From IMG/VR virus record IMGVR_UViG_3300021400_000143, positions 16,616 through 80,615 of that record: DNA of 64,000 nt; one strand, written 5' to 3'. This stretch comes from a virus. Its lineage: Duplodnaviria; Caudoviricetes. The notes below the pieces were generated by a model, which worked only from the letters and a program-made list of their open reading frames with translations, had not been told where the DNA came from and did no database searches. Below are positions 56,396 through 64,000 of the stretch, in pieces. Every line of letters begins with the position of its first letter. Position 1 is the first letter of the stretch. The position numbers and the translations under genes were made by a program.

Positions 56396-56611
56396 TTACA
56401 AATATAGTTTATAATGTTTTCTGTCTTTTGTTACTATGCGTACCGACTTTGTTTTATTGCCCTCTTTGTATTCGACAGCAAGCGCAATTTGAATGCCGTA
56501 GCGCATTTCAAGAACCGCCAACACACTTTCGTCTGTAATAACGGTTTCTGACCAACCATAGCCTTCTTTGTTAAACTCGTAGCCAGCATCTACTTGTTTT
56601 ATTTTTTCCAT
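56396..56611 (-). CDS. Hypothetical protein
   Basis: 71-aa ORF in a packed operon. Confidence 0.6.
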   Translation of the reverse strand: MEKIKQVDAGYEFNKEGYGWSETVITDESVLAVLEMRYGIQIALAVEYKEGNKTKSVRIVTKDRKHYKLYL

Positions 56612-56627
56612 ATCCGTTCGCTATTTG

Positions 56628-56819
56628 TTATTCACGATAACCGTCATAAATCTCAGCTTCCCAAATCTTTTCATCTTCATTCCAAGAAATGATAAGCCCT
56701 TCAACACTGTCTTTCTCTTGCTGCTTTTGTTTCGTAAACTCTAAGAGTTCTTCAAGGGAGTCAAAACTCATTTTTGTTGCGTTTTCATACTCCCATGTCC
56801 TGTAAACTTCAAATTCCAT
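56628..56819 (-). CDS. Small acidic hypothetical protein
   Basis: 63 aa ending EAEIYDGYRE. Confidence 0.6.
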   Translation of the reverse strand: MEFEVYRTWEYENATKMSFDSLEELLEFTKQKQQEKDSVEGLIISWNEDEKIWEAEIYDGYRE

Positions 56820-56826
56820 AGCCTTG

Positions 56827-57048
56827 TTATTTGTTGTTTTGCTCTCTTAGGTAGTCGACAATTTCAGCCATTTTGTCGAAACTTATGTTGCCGTCGATAT
56901 ATATGCGGTCGTTGTGTTCCATGTAACCAAAATCGGTTTCTTTATCAAAGTTCAATGGGAAATGCGAGATGGGTTCTCCCATACCCAAAATTTTCAAGAT
57001 GTGTTCTTTTTGTTCTTCGGTCTTCGCTTCTAACATATACTTTGTCAT
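56827..57048 (-). CDS. Hypothetical protein, paralog of 62643..62861
   Basis: Shared TEEQK and IDG.IS.D.MAEIVDYLR. Confidence 0.7.
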   Translation of the reverse strand: MTKYMLEAKTEEQKEHILKILGMGEPISHFPLNFDKETDFGYMEHNDRIYIDGNISFDKMAEIVDYLREQNNK

Positions 57049-57368
57049 ATCAAACCCTTTATTTCTTTCTTTAATTGTTCAAGCCTTGCTTTTAGCGCAT
57101 TAACAATGCAATCCCTTGTTTCTTTGTCAAGAAGCAATTTCTCTGTTTCTTTTATAGTTCCATCACTGTACGTAGGCGGTACTGAAAAATGCGCAATTTG
57201 TGTACTATAAAGTCTTGTTGTTTTCACACCACTTTCTCGTACAGTAATACCCAATGTGGCATATTTGTCTTCCTCATTTTCTAATGGATGTTCTAATGCG
57301 TCGATAAAGTCACTTATGTCACAGACAAGCCTTGACTTGTCCTCGAAGTTTTCTTTAATTGTTCTCAT
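57045..57368 (-). CDS. Hypothetical protein
   Basis: 107-aa ORF. Confidence 0.6.
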   Translation of the reverse strand: MRTIKENFEDKSRLVCDISDFIDALEHPLENEEDKYATLGITVRESGVKTTRLYSTQIAHFSVPPTYSDGTIKETEKLLLDKETRDCIVNALKARLEQLKKEIKGLI

Positions 57369-57387
57369 ACTCTTGTTATTTGTTTAA

Positions 57388-58170
57388 TTATAAATTTATT
57401 TGTAGTTGGCTCGTCTCGTTCTTGATTCGCTCGTTGGCTATCTCAAAATACTTTTCGTTCAATTCAATCCCGATATACCGACGTTTCTCTCGTATTGCAG
57501 CAACGATTGTGCTGCCACTGCCCATTGCGTTGTCGAGTATAACATCATTCTCGTTTGTGTATGTACGAATAAGGTAACGTAATAAGTTTACGGGTTTTTG
57601 TGTAGGATGATAGAACTCACCATTTTTGTGTTCGCTTTTAACTTGAATAATACTCTTTGGAAATTTCTCGTCTGAAATAACAGTTGGTGTAGAAGTGAAC
57701 TTACCATAACAGTTGTTTGTCATTCCTCTCATAACACTACCTCTACCGTGATTGCGTTGGTGTGGCTCGCACTTTTCCATTTGCGGATTGTATGTAGGTA
57801 GTTTCTTGTAGAACACGCAAATATCTTCATGACAACGCAGTGGCATTCGGTTTGCATTGAGAAAACCAGTAACACGACCTTTATTCCAAACAAGATTATA
57901 TCTAAACAACTTAGAATTTGACATCATCAACTGTGCCGTAAACATACCTTGTGCAAACAAAATGATTGCACCATTATCTTTTATGATACGTTCGTATTGT
58001 TTCCAAAGTGGCTCAAAGGGAATAATCTTATCCCACTTGGCATTTGGATTGCTTTTGTTTAGCACTTGATATGGCAAATCACAGATAATAGCGTCGATAC
58101 TTTTGTCTGGAATATCTTGCATTACATTAAGACAATTTCCTAATATATAGGCGTTTGGTGTTATCATCAT
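57388..58170 (-). CDS. Amino-DNA methyltransferase (beta class)
   Basis: DLPY, HPTQKP, ILDNAMGSGST. Confidence 0.9.
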   Translation of the reverse strand: MMITPNAYILGNCLNVMQDIPDKSIDAIICDLPYQVLNKSNPNAKWDKIIPFEPLWKQYERIIKDNGAIILFAQGMFTAQLMMSNSKLFRYNLVWNKGRVTGFLNANRMPLRCHEDICVFYKKLPTYNPQMEKCEPHQRNHGRGSVMRGMTNNCYGKFTSTPTVISDEKFPKSIIQVKSEHKNGEFYHPTQKPVNLLRYLIRTYTNENDVILDNAMGSGSTIVAAIREKRRYIGIELNEKYFEIANERIKNETSQLQINL

Positions 58171-58192
58171 AATCTTCTAATCCCTTTGTAGA

Positions 58193-59050
58193 TTAAGTCT
58201 TAAATTTGATTTTAAAATAGTCCTCAAGGAACAATTTACAATCTATCCCATCGTCGAAAAGAGTTTTACCAAATCTTTTTTGAAACCTTATATTTGAACG
58301 CTCGCAAAAAACATCAAAACAAAAAAATTGATAAGCGTCTTTGCATAATCGTGAAATCTTGCTGTTTGGATGATTATTGAGATATTGCCCCCCCCTCAAA
58401 ACGTAAAGTTTAACCATATTGGGGTATTTCTTAAATTCTTCTAATCTCTTTTTGTAACCAGCCATAGGACAACACATACAACCCAAACGTGCATTTATAT
58501 TGATGTTGTCATTACAATCATAATATAATGGGTGCAGCTTTATATTTCTTTCTTTGATAAAGTCGAGAACGTCTTGTTTAGTCCAATCCAAGATTGGAAA
58601 GTATTGCCTTGTTTTTTGTTTCTTACTATAAACCCTACATTGCTCTGGCTCTTTATACCTCTCTTTTCTTGCATTGCTTTCATCAGCTCGAATACCAAGA
58701 ATGGCATAGTCGAGTATCTTGTATTCTTTTAGGTATTGACAACAATATCTATTTCTTCTTGAAGGGAAACCGTGTTTAAGAATTAACTCACCAAAATTCT
58801 TCTTCGGCTTCATTATCTCTACATGGTTTTCTCTGCAGTGCTGTATAGTTCCTTTTGGGTCAATCCCTGTATTCTTGTATATTGCACGAAATTCCACGTT
58901 AGCCATTTTTGCAAGTTCAAGAATAACATCGCTGTCTTTACCACCCGAATAACAAAGTTCCAACGGTTGAGCGTGTTCTTTTGCTATCTTACTTGCTGAT
59001 TGAATAAGTTTAATGGCACGTTCAATTTTCTTTTGTAATTGTTCTGTCAT
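58193..59050 (-). CDS. PAPS-reductase-family (PP-loop) protein
   Basis: YSGGKDS, CC..LKE, GIRADES..R, PILDW, RLGCMCCP. Confidence 0.85.
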   Translation of the reverse strand: MTEQLQKKIERAIKLIQSASKIAKEHAQPLELCYSGGKDSDVILELAKMANVEFRAIYKNTGIDPKGTIQHCRENHVEIMKPKKNFGELILKHGFPSRRNRYCCQYLKEYKILDYAILGIRADESNARKERYKEPEQCRVYSKKQKTRQYFPILDWTKQDVLDFIKERNIKLHPLYYDCNDNININARLGCMCCPMAGYKKRLEEFKKYPNMVKLYVLRGGQYLNNHPNSKISRLCKDAYQFFCFDVFCERSNIRFQKRFGKTLFDDGIDCKLFLEDYFKIKFKT

Positions 59051-59454
59051 TTCGATGTTAGTATTTTAATCCCTTTGTAAGTTAGGTAGCCTGCGGCTAT
59101 GATGTTCAAAGTGCAGATGATGTAAATGTAAGTTGGTTCGAGTTCAAAATTAAAGTAAGACTTTTCGATTAAGTTTACACTAAGATAAACACACGCAAGT
59201 TTATTGTAGATGCAAGTTTCAACTGCAATACTGATTATACATAACACAATAAGCATTTGTACGTTGTATTCAAAATAATTACCAATAAAGAATGATAATC
59301 TTGTGTTTAGTATAATTACACCACTCCATTCAATATAATCGTTCGTTAATAGAGCCAATAGCGTTTCAGTATAATTAGAGCATACAAGTAAGCATAAAAC
59401 AAATGGTACGACTTTACCAATTCTAATTAGTAGTCGTCTGAATTTATATATCAT
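59047..59454 (-). CDS. Multi-pass membrane protein
   Basis: About four hydrophobic segments. Confidence 0.65.
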   Translation of the reverse strand: MIYKFRRLLIRIGKVVPFVLCLLVCSNYTETLLALLTNDYIEWSGVIILNTRLSFFIGNYFEYNVQMLIVLCIISIAVETCIYNKLACVYLSVNLIEKSYFNFELEPTYIYIICTLNIIAAGYLTYKGIKILTSK

Positions 59455-59624
59455 TGCTTTTTTCTAATCTTTACTCTAAATACTGGTGCAACACTTGCAG
59501 GTGGTCTACCTTGTATGCGTGGTATAGCATCATTTCTTACACTATCTTTGCGAACAACTTTCGCACCACTCTTTAACTTAATCTTCCCTTTCTTGGTGCG
59601 TCTTTTTCTTGGTTTCTTTGACAT
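59451..59624 (-). CDS. Very basic 57-aa protein (MSKKPRKRRTKKGKIKLK...RVKIRKKQ)
   Basis: Translated by hand; stop overlaps the next ATG. Confidence 0.55.
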   Translation of the reverse strand: MSKKPRKRRTKKGKIKLKSGAKVVRKDSVRNDAIPRIQGRPPASVAPVFRVKIRKKQ

Positions 59625-59636
59625 ATCCTATCAAAT

Positions 59637-59684
59637 AAAAAGGGCGAGGTACTACCAAACTTAATCGGTAGTACCACTACCCTT
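59637..59684 (-). terminator. Intrinsic terminator
   Basis: GGTACTACC/GGTAGTACC stem with outer AAGGG/CCCTT pairing, then a T-run. Confidence 0.6.
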
Positions 59685-59704
59685 ACGTTATCTTTGGTCG
59701 AACG

Positions 59705-60100
59705 CTAAAACTTACTTTTACAATCATCAACCGCATCTTCAAAGTCTTTCTTCAACTTAGACAATCTTTCTCGCTCTTCTTCTGGTGCGCCGTGATTACC
59801 CATGTGCCAGTGTTTGATGTTTATGCAATTAACACCAAATTCTATAGCCCAAGAATTGTAATCTTCGTTGTCAAGAAATTCGTCGTAGCTAACTTCGTTC
59901 TCAACACAGAAAATCAAATCGTCCATAGATAAGCAATGTTCGGTGTTTACAACAAGTACGTTTAAACCAACTCTATCACCAACCCACCAACAATATATAG
60001 AATCTACATTCCAAAGCTCGTACAAAGCGTTTACATACGCTTGGCATGCTCTTTCGTAGTTAAGCCGTAGTTCTGTTAGTTCTTTATTTTTCTTCGCCAT
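59705..60100 (-). CDS. Hypothetical protein
   Basis: 131-aa ORF. Confidence 0.7.
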   Translation of the reverse strand: MAKKNKELTELRLNYERACQAYVNALYELWNVDSIYCWWVGDRVGLNVLVVNTEHCLSMDDLIFCVENEVSYDEFLDNEDYNSWAIEFGVNCINIKHWHMGNHGAPEEERERLSKLKKDFEDAVDDCKSKF

Positions 60101-60105
60101 AGTCG

Positions 60106-60396
60106 CTATTTTTTCTTTTTCTTACCACCTCTTGCTCGTTTATCTCCAGCGGTATCTGACTTGCTACCACGATTGGCTGATGATGATTTGTAAACAATAC
60201 CGTGACTTGTATGCGAAGCGTCTTTACCTGCCCTTGAAGCCTTGCCGTATTTCTCGTCGTGTTCCCTGTTCTTCTGAACAAGCTCTGAACGCTTTTCCCT
60301 TTGCTCTGGCTTCTCGTTGAATTTCTTATCGTATTCAGCTTTCTTCGCCCTTGCTTTTGGGTGTGTACGATAATATTGCGCTGTTTTTGATACCAT
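60106..60396 (-). CDS. Basic small protein, possibly a degenerate HNH-like fold
   Basis: GKDASH...SANRG resembles the D-x-S-H...NR pattern; K/R-rich. Confidence 0.55.
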   Translation of the reverse strand: MVSKTAQYYRTHPKARAKKAEYDKKFNEKPEQREKRSELVQKNREHDEKYGKASRAGKDASHTSHGIVYKSSSANRGSKSDTAGDKRARGGKKKKK

Positions 60397-60398
60397 AG

Positions 60399-60569
60399 TT
60401 ATTTTTGTTGTTTTGGTACTTTAATTAAGATGCCATTCATTTTACCTCGCTTAAACTTCATTGTTTCGTATAAGCCGCATCTAACACGTAGATAGATTGT
60501 TTGGGCGGTTACACCTTCTCTTTCTGCGACTTCGCTTACTGAAACCCATTCAAATTCTTTTTCTTCCAT
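60399..60569 (-). CDS. Small HTH (excisionase/MerR-like) protein, 56 aa
   Basis: Translated by hand: WVSVSEVAEREGVTAQTIYLRVRCG. Confidence 0.6.
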   Translation of the reverse strand: MEEKEFEWVSVSEVAEREGVTAQTIYLRVRCGLYETMKFKRGKMNGILIKVPKQQK

Positions 60570-60583
60570 ATTTTTAACTATAA

Positions 60584-61054
60584 TTATTTCCCTGTTGAGC
60601 CATAACCTCCAGTACCTCTTTCAGAATCAGATAATTCTTCAACTTCGATAAACTCGATTTCTGGATATGGCATGATAATAATTTGACCTATACGTTCGCC
60701 AACATTGTATATTGTAGGCTTGTTCACAAAAGCACAAACTTCCTCATTCAACATTTCGTTACGCGAAGCATGAATTGACGCCTTAAACTTGAAAGAAATC
60801 TCACCACGATAGCCGCTGTCGATAACACCAACGGAGTTACTAAGCAATAAGTCCTTTTTTGCATTGCTTGAACGCGGAAACACAAGACCTACATAGCCTT
60901 TGGGGATTTCCATTGCAACACCACTACCATACACTACATTTCCGTTATTGTCATAAGACTTGGAATGAGCGTACAAGTCAAATCCAGCATCAGTCATGTG
61001 TGCTTTCGTTGGTAATATAGAATCCTCGTATAGCTTTTTAATCTTGACTTCCAT
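60584..61054 (-). CDS. dut: Trimeric dUTPase
   Basis: AGFDL, PRSS, GVIDSGYRGEI, ERIGQ, RGTGGYGSTG. Confidence 0.95.
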   Translation of the reverse strand: MEVKIKKLYEDSILPTKAHMTDAGFDLYAHSKSYDNNGNVVYGSGVAMEIPKGYVGLVFPRSSNAKKDLLLSNSVGVIDSGYRGEISFKFKASIHASRNEMLNEEVCAFVNKPTIYNVGERIGQIIIMPYPEIEFIEVEELSDSERGTGGYGSTGK

Positions 61055-61706
61055 TTTCTTCTTGTTCGATTGTTTGGTTTAACTCCTGTTCTTGTAATGC
61101 TTCAACGCTTTCTTTCATCACTTCATCGTCTGTCTTTTTCTTGAACACTACAACTTCATCAATCTCGCTAATGTATGTTTTCATGTTCTCGACAACCTTC
61201 TCGAAGAACTGCTTGTTTGTCATATCCTCTGTTTTTTCAGACAACAATACAGCGTTTCTTGCAATGTTATGAAGATAATCTTCGTAAACAAGAAAAGCTC
61301 CTGCATCACTTTCGCCAATCGAATACAAAGGAACAAAGCAATTAAAACACCACCAATCAAAATAAGTTGCGATGTTGTATTCAGCTTTGTTTTCTTCTTT
61401 CAGCACCTCAAACAACTTTGTATATGAATACTGAAAATTGTCTATGATTTTGTCATCATGCTCTTCAGTGATTTCAATAAATCGCTTTACATACAGGTAT
61501 GGGCGGCTAACCCCACTCGATGTGATGTTGCTAAACACATGTCTGTGGAAACCTGTCTCAACAATAGCGTAGTCTTCCGTCACAATCAACCTAAGACCTT
61601 TGTCGCTGAAATAGAACTCTTTTGTTTCCTTTGTTCTGTCGATATGCAACACAGCACGTTCAAGCCTGCGTTCGATTTGCGCTCTTGTTTGTTTTTTCTG
61701 TTTCAT
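61038..61706 (-). CDS. Hypothetical protein
   Basis: 222-aa ORF. Confidence 0.7.
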   Translation of the reverse strand: MKQKKQTRAQIERRLERAVLHIDRTKETKEFYFSDKGLRLIVTEDYAIVETGFHRHVFSNITSSGVSRPYLYVKRFIEITEEHDDKIIDNFQYSYTKLFEVLKEENKAEYNIATYFDWWCFNCFVPLYSIGESDAGAFLVYEDYLHNIARNAVLLSEKTEDMTNKQFFEKVVENMKTYISEIDEVVVFKKKTDDEVMKESVEALQEQELNQTIEQEENGSQD

Positions 61707-61708
61707 AA

Positions 61709-62257
61709 TTACTTTCTATTTTTATTCTTTTTGTTTTTGTTTTGTAGGTTAGACCAAATAACCGATAATTTCATAACGATTGTTTCGTGGTCGCGTGGTA
61801 TTCGTCCTCTAATCCTATTCGCTTTATTGTACGACTTGATAAAAGCAATAGCTTCTTCGTCGTTGTGTATTGTATCAAAGAAATACTCGTTCTTTGGCAT
61901 TTCAATCTTTTCTTCTTCGATACCTTCGTTTTCGAGTTCGTGGGCTTCTTCCAATAGTCTGTGTGCAGCTTGCTTGCTTTGCTCGTCTAAATCCATGTGT
62001 TCTATATCTTCATCCATGTAAGACGGAACAACAAAGATTTCGCTTACTTTAACGAATTGTTCAAGTGAGAACACTTTCTTGATTCGTGGCTCGCTATCGC
62101 TATCACTATCAAAAGTTGCTACTGCGTATGCTTGCGCTCCGTATTGTAGTTCTATAACAGCAACGCCAACTTTGAAAGACGTTTTACCGTCCCATTTTTT
62201 CTTTGGTATAGATGGTAAATTCAACCAATCTAAGATTTCGCTTTCAAATTTAATCAT
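61709..62257 (-). CDS. Hypothetical protein
   Basis: 182-aa ORF. Confidence 0.7.
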   Translation of the reverse strand: MIKFESEILDWLNLPSIPKKKWDGKTSFKVGVAVIELQYGAQAYAVATFDSDSDSEPRIKKVFSLEQFVKVSEIFVVPSYMDEDIEHMDLDEQSKQAAHRLLEEAHELENEGIEEEKIEMPKNEYFFDTIHNDEEAIAFIKSYNKANRIRGRIPRDHETIVMKLSVIWSNLQNKNKKNKNRK

Positions 62258-62278
62258 TTTATTTTAAATATTTAGTGT

Positions 62279-62521
62279 TTAAGGGTTAAAATATTCAAGT
62301 GCAATAAGAAAATCTTCTTTTAATGGGTATGTTCTGTTGTCTATTCGATAACATACTTGTCGCTTTTCGTTTCTTTTAGGTTGATTGTATCTGTCGTATG
62401 GTATAATAACAGCCAAACCTAAACGACCATCACTGCTTGCGTATTCTGAACGATGCTCGAATCTATTTGGTACATGTCTGATATATCTAAATCGTGTTTT
62501 GTTAAATTCACTTTCTGTCAT
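62279..62521 (-). CDS. Hypothetical protein
   Basis: 80-aa ORF. Confidence 0.6.
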   Translation of the reverse strand: MTESEFNKTRFRYIRHVPNRFEHRSEYASSDGRLGLAVIIPYDRYNQPKRNEKRQVCYRIDNRTYPLKEDFLIALEYFNP

Positions 62522-62642
62522 ATTGTTTCGCTTTTAATACGAACTCTTCTGCTTGCTTGCAGAATGTGTCAAAATCTTTTCTCATATCTGCAAGAACTTG
62601 CTCTATTGTTGAATCGTCTTGTGATTTCTCCGCAAAGTCTTG

Positions 62643-62861
62643 TTACTGAATATTTGCATTCTCGTAATCAAAACCAACGTTTTTTAGAATCGTTTGCGTC
62701 CGCAAATAATCAACAATCTCCGCCATATCGTCGTAAGAAATATAACCATCAATTCTAATTCCATCACGCATAGCATATATAATGTCTGATGTGCCACCAA
62801 CTGCGTTCTCTATATATTTTTGTTCTTCTGTGTTAGTTTCTAATGTAAATGCCATAATCAA
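62643..62861 (-). CDS. Hypothetical protein, paralog of 56827..57048; frame stays open after its TAA to 62508
   Basis: Shared motifs; in-frame continuation of 44 sense codons. Confidence 0.6.
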   Translation of the reverse strand: MIMAFTLETNTEEQKYIENAVGGTSDIIYAMRDGIRIDGYISYDDMAEIVDYLRTQTILKNVGFDYENANIQ

Positions 62862-62867
62862 TAAAGT

Positions 62868-63062
62868 TTAAAATGGGAAACTGCAATTATCTGGCTTATT
62901 ATAACTGATACTGATAATGTATTTCCAAAAATAGATATTGTAGCCCATCCTGCGTGGTTTTATTGCTCCACAAGTGGGTTTTGAACAAGAACATAAACTT
63001 TTGCGAAAACTTATAAACGAGTCAAAACGCAAATATGCTCTATTGTAAATTCGGATAGTCAT
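62868..63062 (-). CDS. Hypothetical protein (MTIRIYNRAY...)
   Basis: 3' part of the track ORF; fills the gap. Confidence 0.4.
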   Translation of the reverse strand: MTIRIYNRAYLRFDSFISFRKSLCSCSKPTCGAIKPRRMGYNIYFWKYIISISYNKPDNCSFPF

Positions 63063-63173
63063 TTGTTTTTGTTTTAAATTTGAATATCTAATGTGTATGT
63101 TCCCAACGAAAGTGTTAGAATGTACCCATTCAACCACGTTATGCAGATTGAGGGCAGCAGCTCAAACGTGTAC

Positions 63174-63413
63174 TTATGTTTTATTATCGTCAATTCCATA
63201 TTTAGGACTGAAATTAGGGTAGCAACACAAAATGTCTTGTGATGTTTCATCATTTGTCTTGATGCCGTTTCCCCAATGATAACAAGGGCGTAGGGTGCAA
63301 TTTTCATCCCCAACCTTTACATGACTAATTGTTCCAACTGGATAGGTAACACTTGACCCATGTGGGCAACTTCTTTGAGTGCCATCTTTGTTATAGATAT
63401 TTTCACTTGTCAT
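63174..63413 (-). CDS. Small Cys-containing hypothetical protein
   Basis: 79 aa, CPHG...C..RPCYHW...CCYP. Confidence 0.55.
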   Translation of the reverse strand: MTSENIYNKDGTQRSCPHGSSVTYPVGTISHVKVGDENCTLRPCYHWGNGIKTNDETSQDILCCYPNFSPKYGIDDNKT

Positions 63414-64000
63414 AATCTTTTCTTTTCAAATATAGTTTTTAGTTTGTTTAGATACCCGTCAGTTAATTCAATCCAGTTAATATGCTTGTATCTTTGAAGA
63501 GACATAATCAATAATGGATTGTGTATAACCGCAATGATTTGAGTATGCTCTTTTTTGAAAGACAATACGCTCTCGATTTGCTTGAGATTATCAAGTGAAA
63601 GATTCCTGTCTGGTTCATCCATGATGATAGTCCATGAGTCGGCACATTCAACTTTGTGTTCTTTTATATATTGCTGATAGGGTTCTAAATCAATGTTAGA
63701 ATAGTTGAATTTCAGTGGAGCTTTCTTACTAAACATATAGCCAAAGAGGTGATTGATAGCAATAACTATGCTTTCACCCGTTGAAGAATGTTTTTGTTCA
63801 AAGAGTGCTGAAAAGTTCTCCATGTTCTGCATATTCAAATCATCAGACTTGTTGTGTGTCAGATTAAAGATATTTCTCTCGTAGTCAGCATACACATCAA
63901 CACCAGTAGGAATATCATCGCTAATTCCTCGCCTTAAACGATTGATATTGCAATTATAAAGACCTTTACTGCAATCCATTTCATCTACCATTAGATAATA
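63410..64000 (-). CDS. ABC/AAA_21-type ATPase, C-terminal part (probably truncated by the window edge)
   Basis: SSTGE signature, IIMDEPDRNLS Walker B/D-loop, IAVIHNP H-loop; frame open to the edge and no Walker A in window. Confidence 0.75.
   Translation of the reverse strand, partial: YYLMVDEMDCSKGLYNCNINRLRRGISDDIPTGVDVYADYERNIFNLTHNKSDDLNMQNMENFSALFEQKHSSTGESIVIAINHLFGYMFSKKAPLKFNYSNIDLEPYQQYIKEHKVECADSWTIIMDEPDRNLSLDNLKQIESVLSFKKEHTQIIAVIHNPLLIMSLQRYKHINWIELTDGYLNKLKTIFEKKRL

Noticed and set aside
60399-60569. Excisionase implying a prophage integration module
   Set aside because: No integrase, att-like repeat, repressor or flanking host genes in the window; a lone small HTH is insufficient.
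47-63313. Many overlapping or antisense ORFs in the track (e.g. 225..1145, 7100..7828, 19315..19695, 35987..36454, 61458..62021)
   Set aside because: They are shadows of well-supported genes on the other strand or frame and have no recognisable motifs.
1-64000. Stop-codon reassignment (TAG readthrough as in some Bacteroidales phages)
   Set aside because: Large genes (TMP, tail tip, TerL, primase-helicase) are uninterrupted in the standard code, and TAG ends genes such as dnaN at the expected length. Two TAG-TAA pairs (5335, 22113) are not enough evidence.

Overview
This window is about 64 kb of a tailed dsDNA phage (siphovirus-like, standard genetic code) that probably infects a Bacteroidales host. 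The host inference rests on TTTG-N19/20-TAnnTTTG promoters, AT-rich starts without Shine-Dalgarno sequences, and Bacteroidales-phage-type genes. Layout from left to right: (1) a leftward operon with a CobS/MoxR-like AAA+ ATPase, a non-coding CGCCCTTTG array and an extremely AT-rich gap (1-4.4 kb); (2) two SSB-like genes; (3) a leftward head-tail operon (scaffold, decoration, capsid, connectors, tail tube, chaperone with a -1 frameshift site, tape measure); (4) a divergent rightward operon (TerL, portal, lysis trio, 2356-aa tail-tip protein, fibres, glycosidase-like protein); (5) a separately promoted uncharacterised cassette (36.7-40.0 kb); (6) long leftward replication, recombination and modification operons (TerS candidate, HNH, RuvC-like, DnaA-IV-like, beta clamp, RecT, YqaJ, intein-containing primase-helicase, initiator, four DNA methyltransferases with one split at a G6 run, PAPS-reductase family, dUTPase). 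I saw no integrase, repressor, CRISPR array, reverse transcriptase or canonical tRNA. The best leads are a ~70-nt structured element present in three dispersed copies just after stop codons, the Gly-rich/CCC cassette ending in an HExxH peptidase, a two-hairpin leader with switchable loop pairing upstream of the initiator gene, and an (E-x-H-x-G-x)8 ladder in the tail-tip protein. All family assignments come from motif recognition by eye; no database searches were run.
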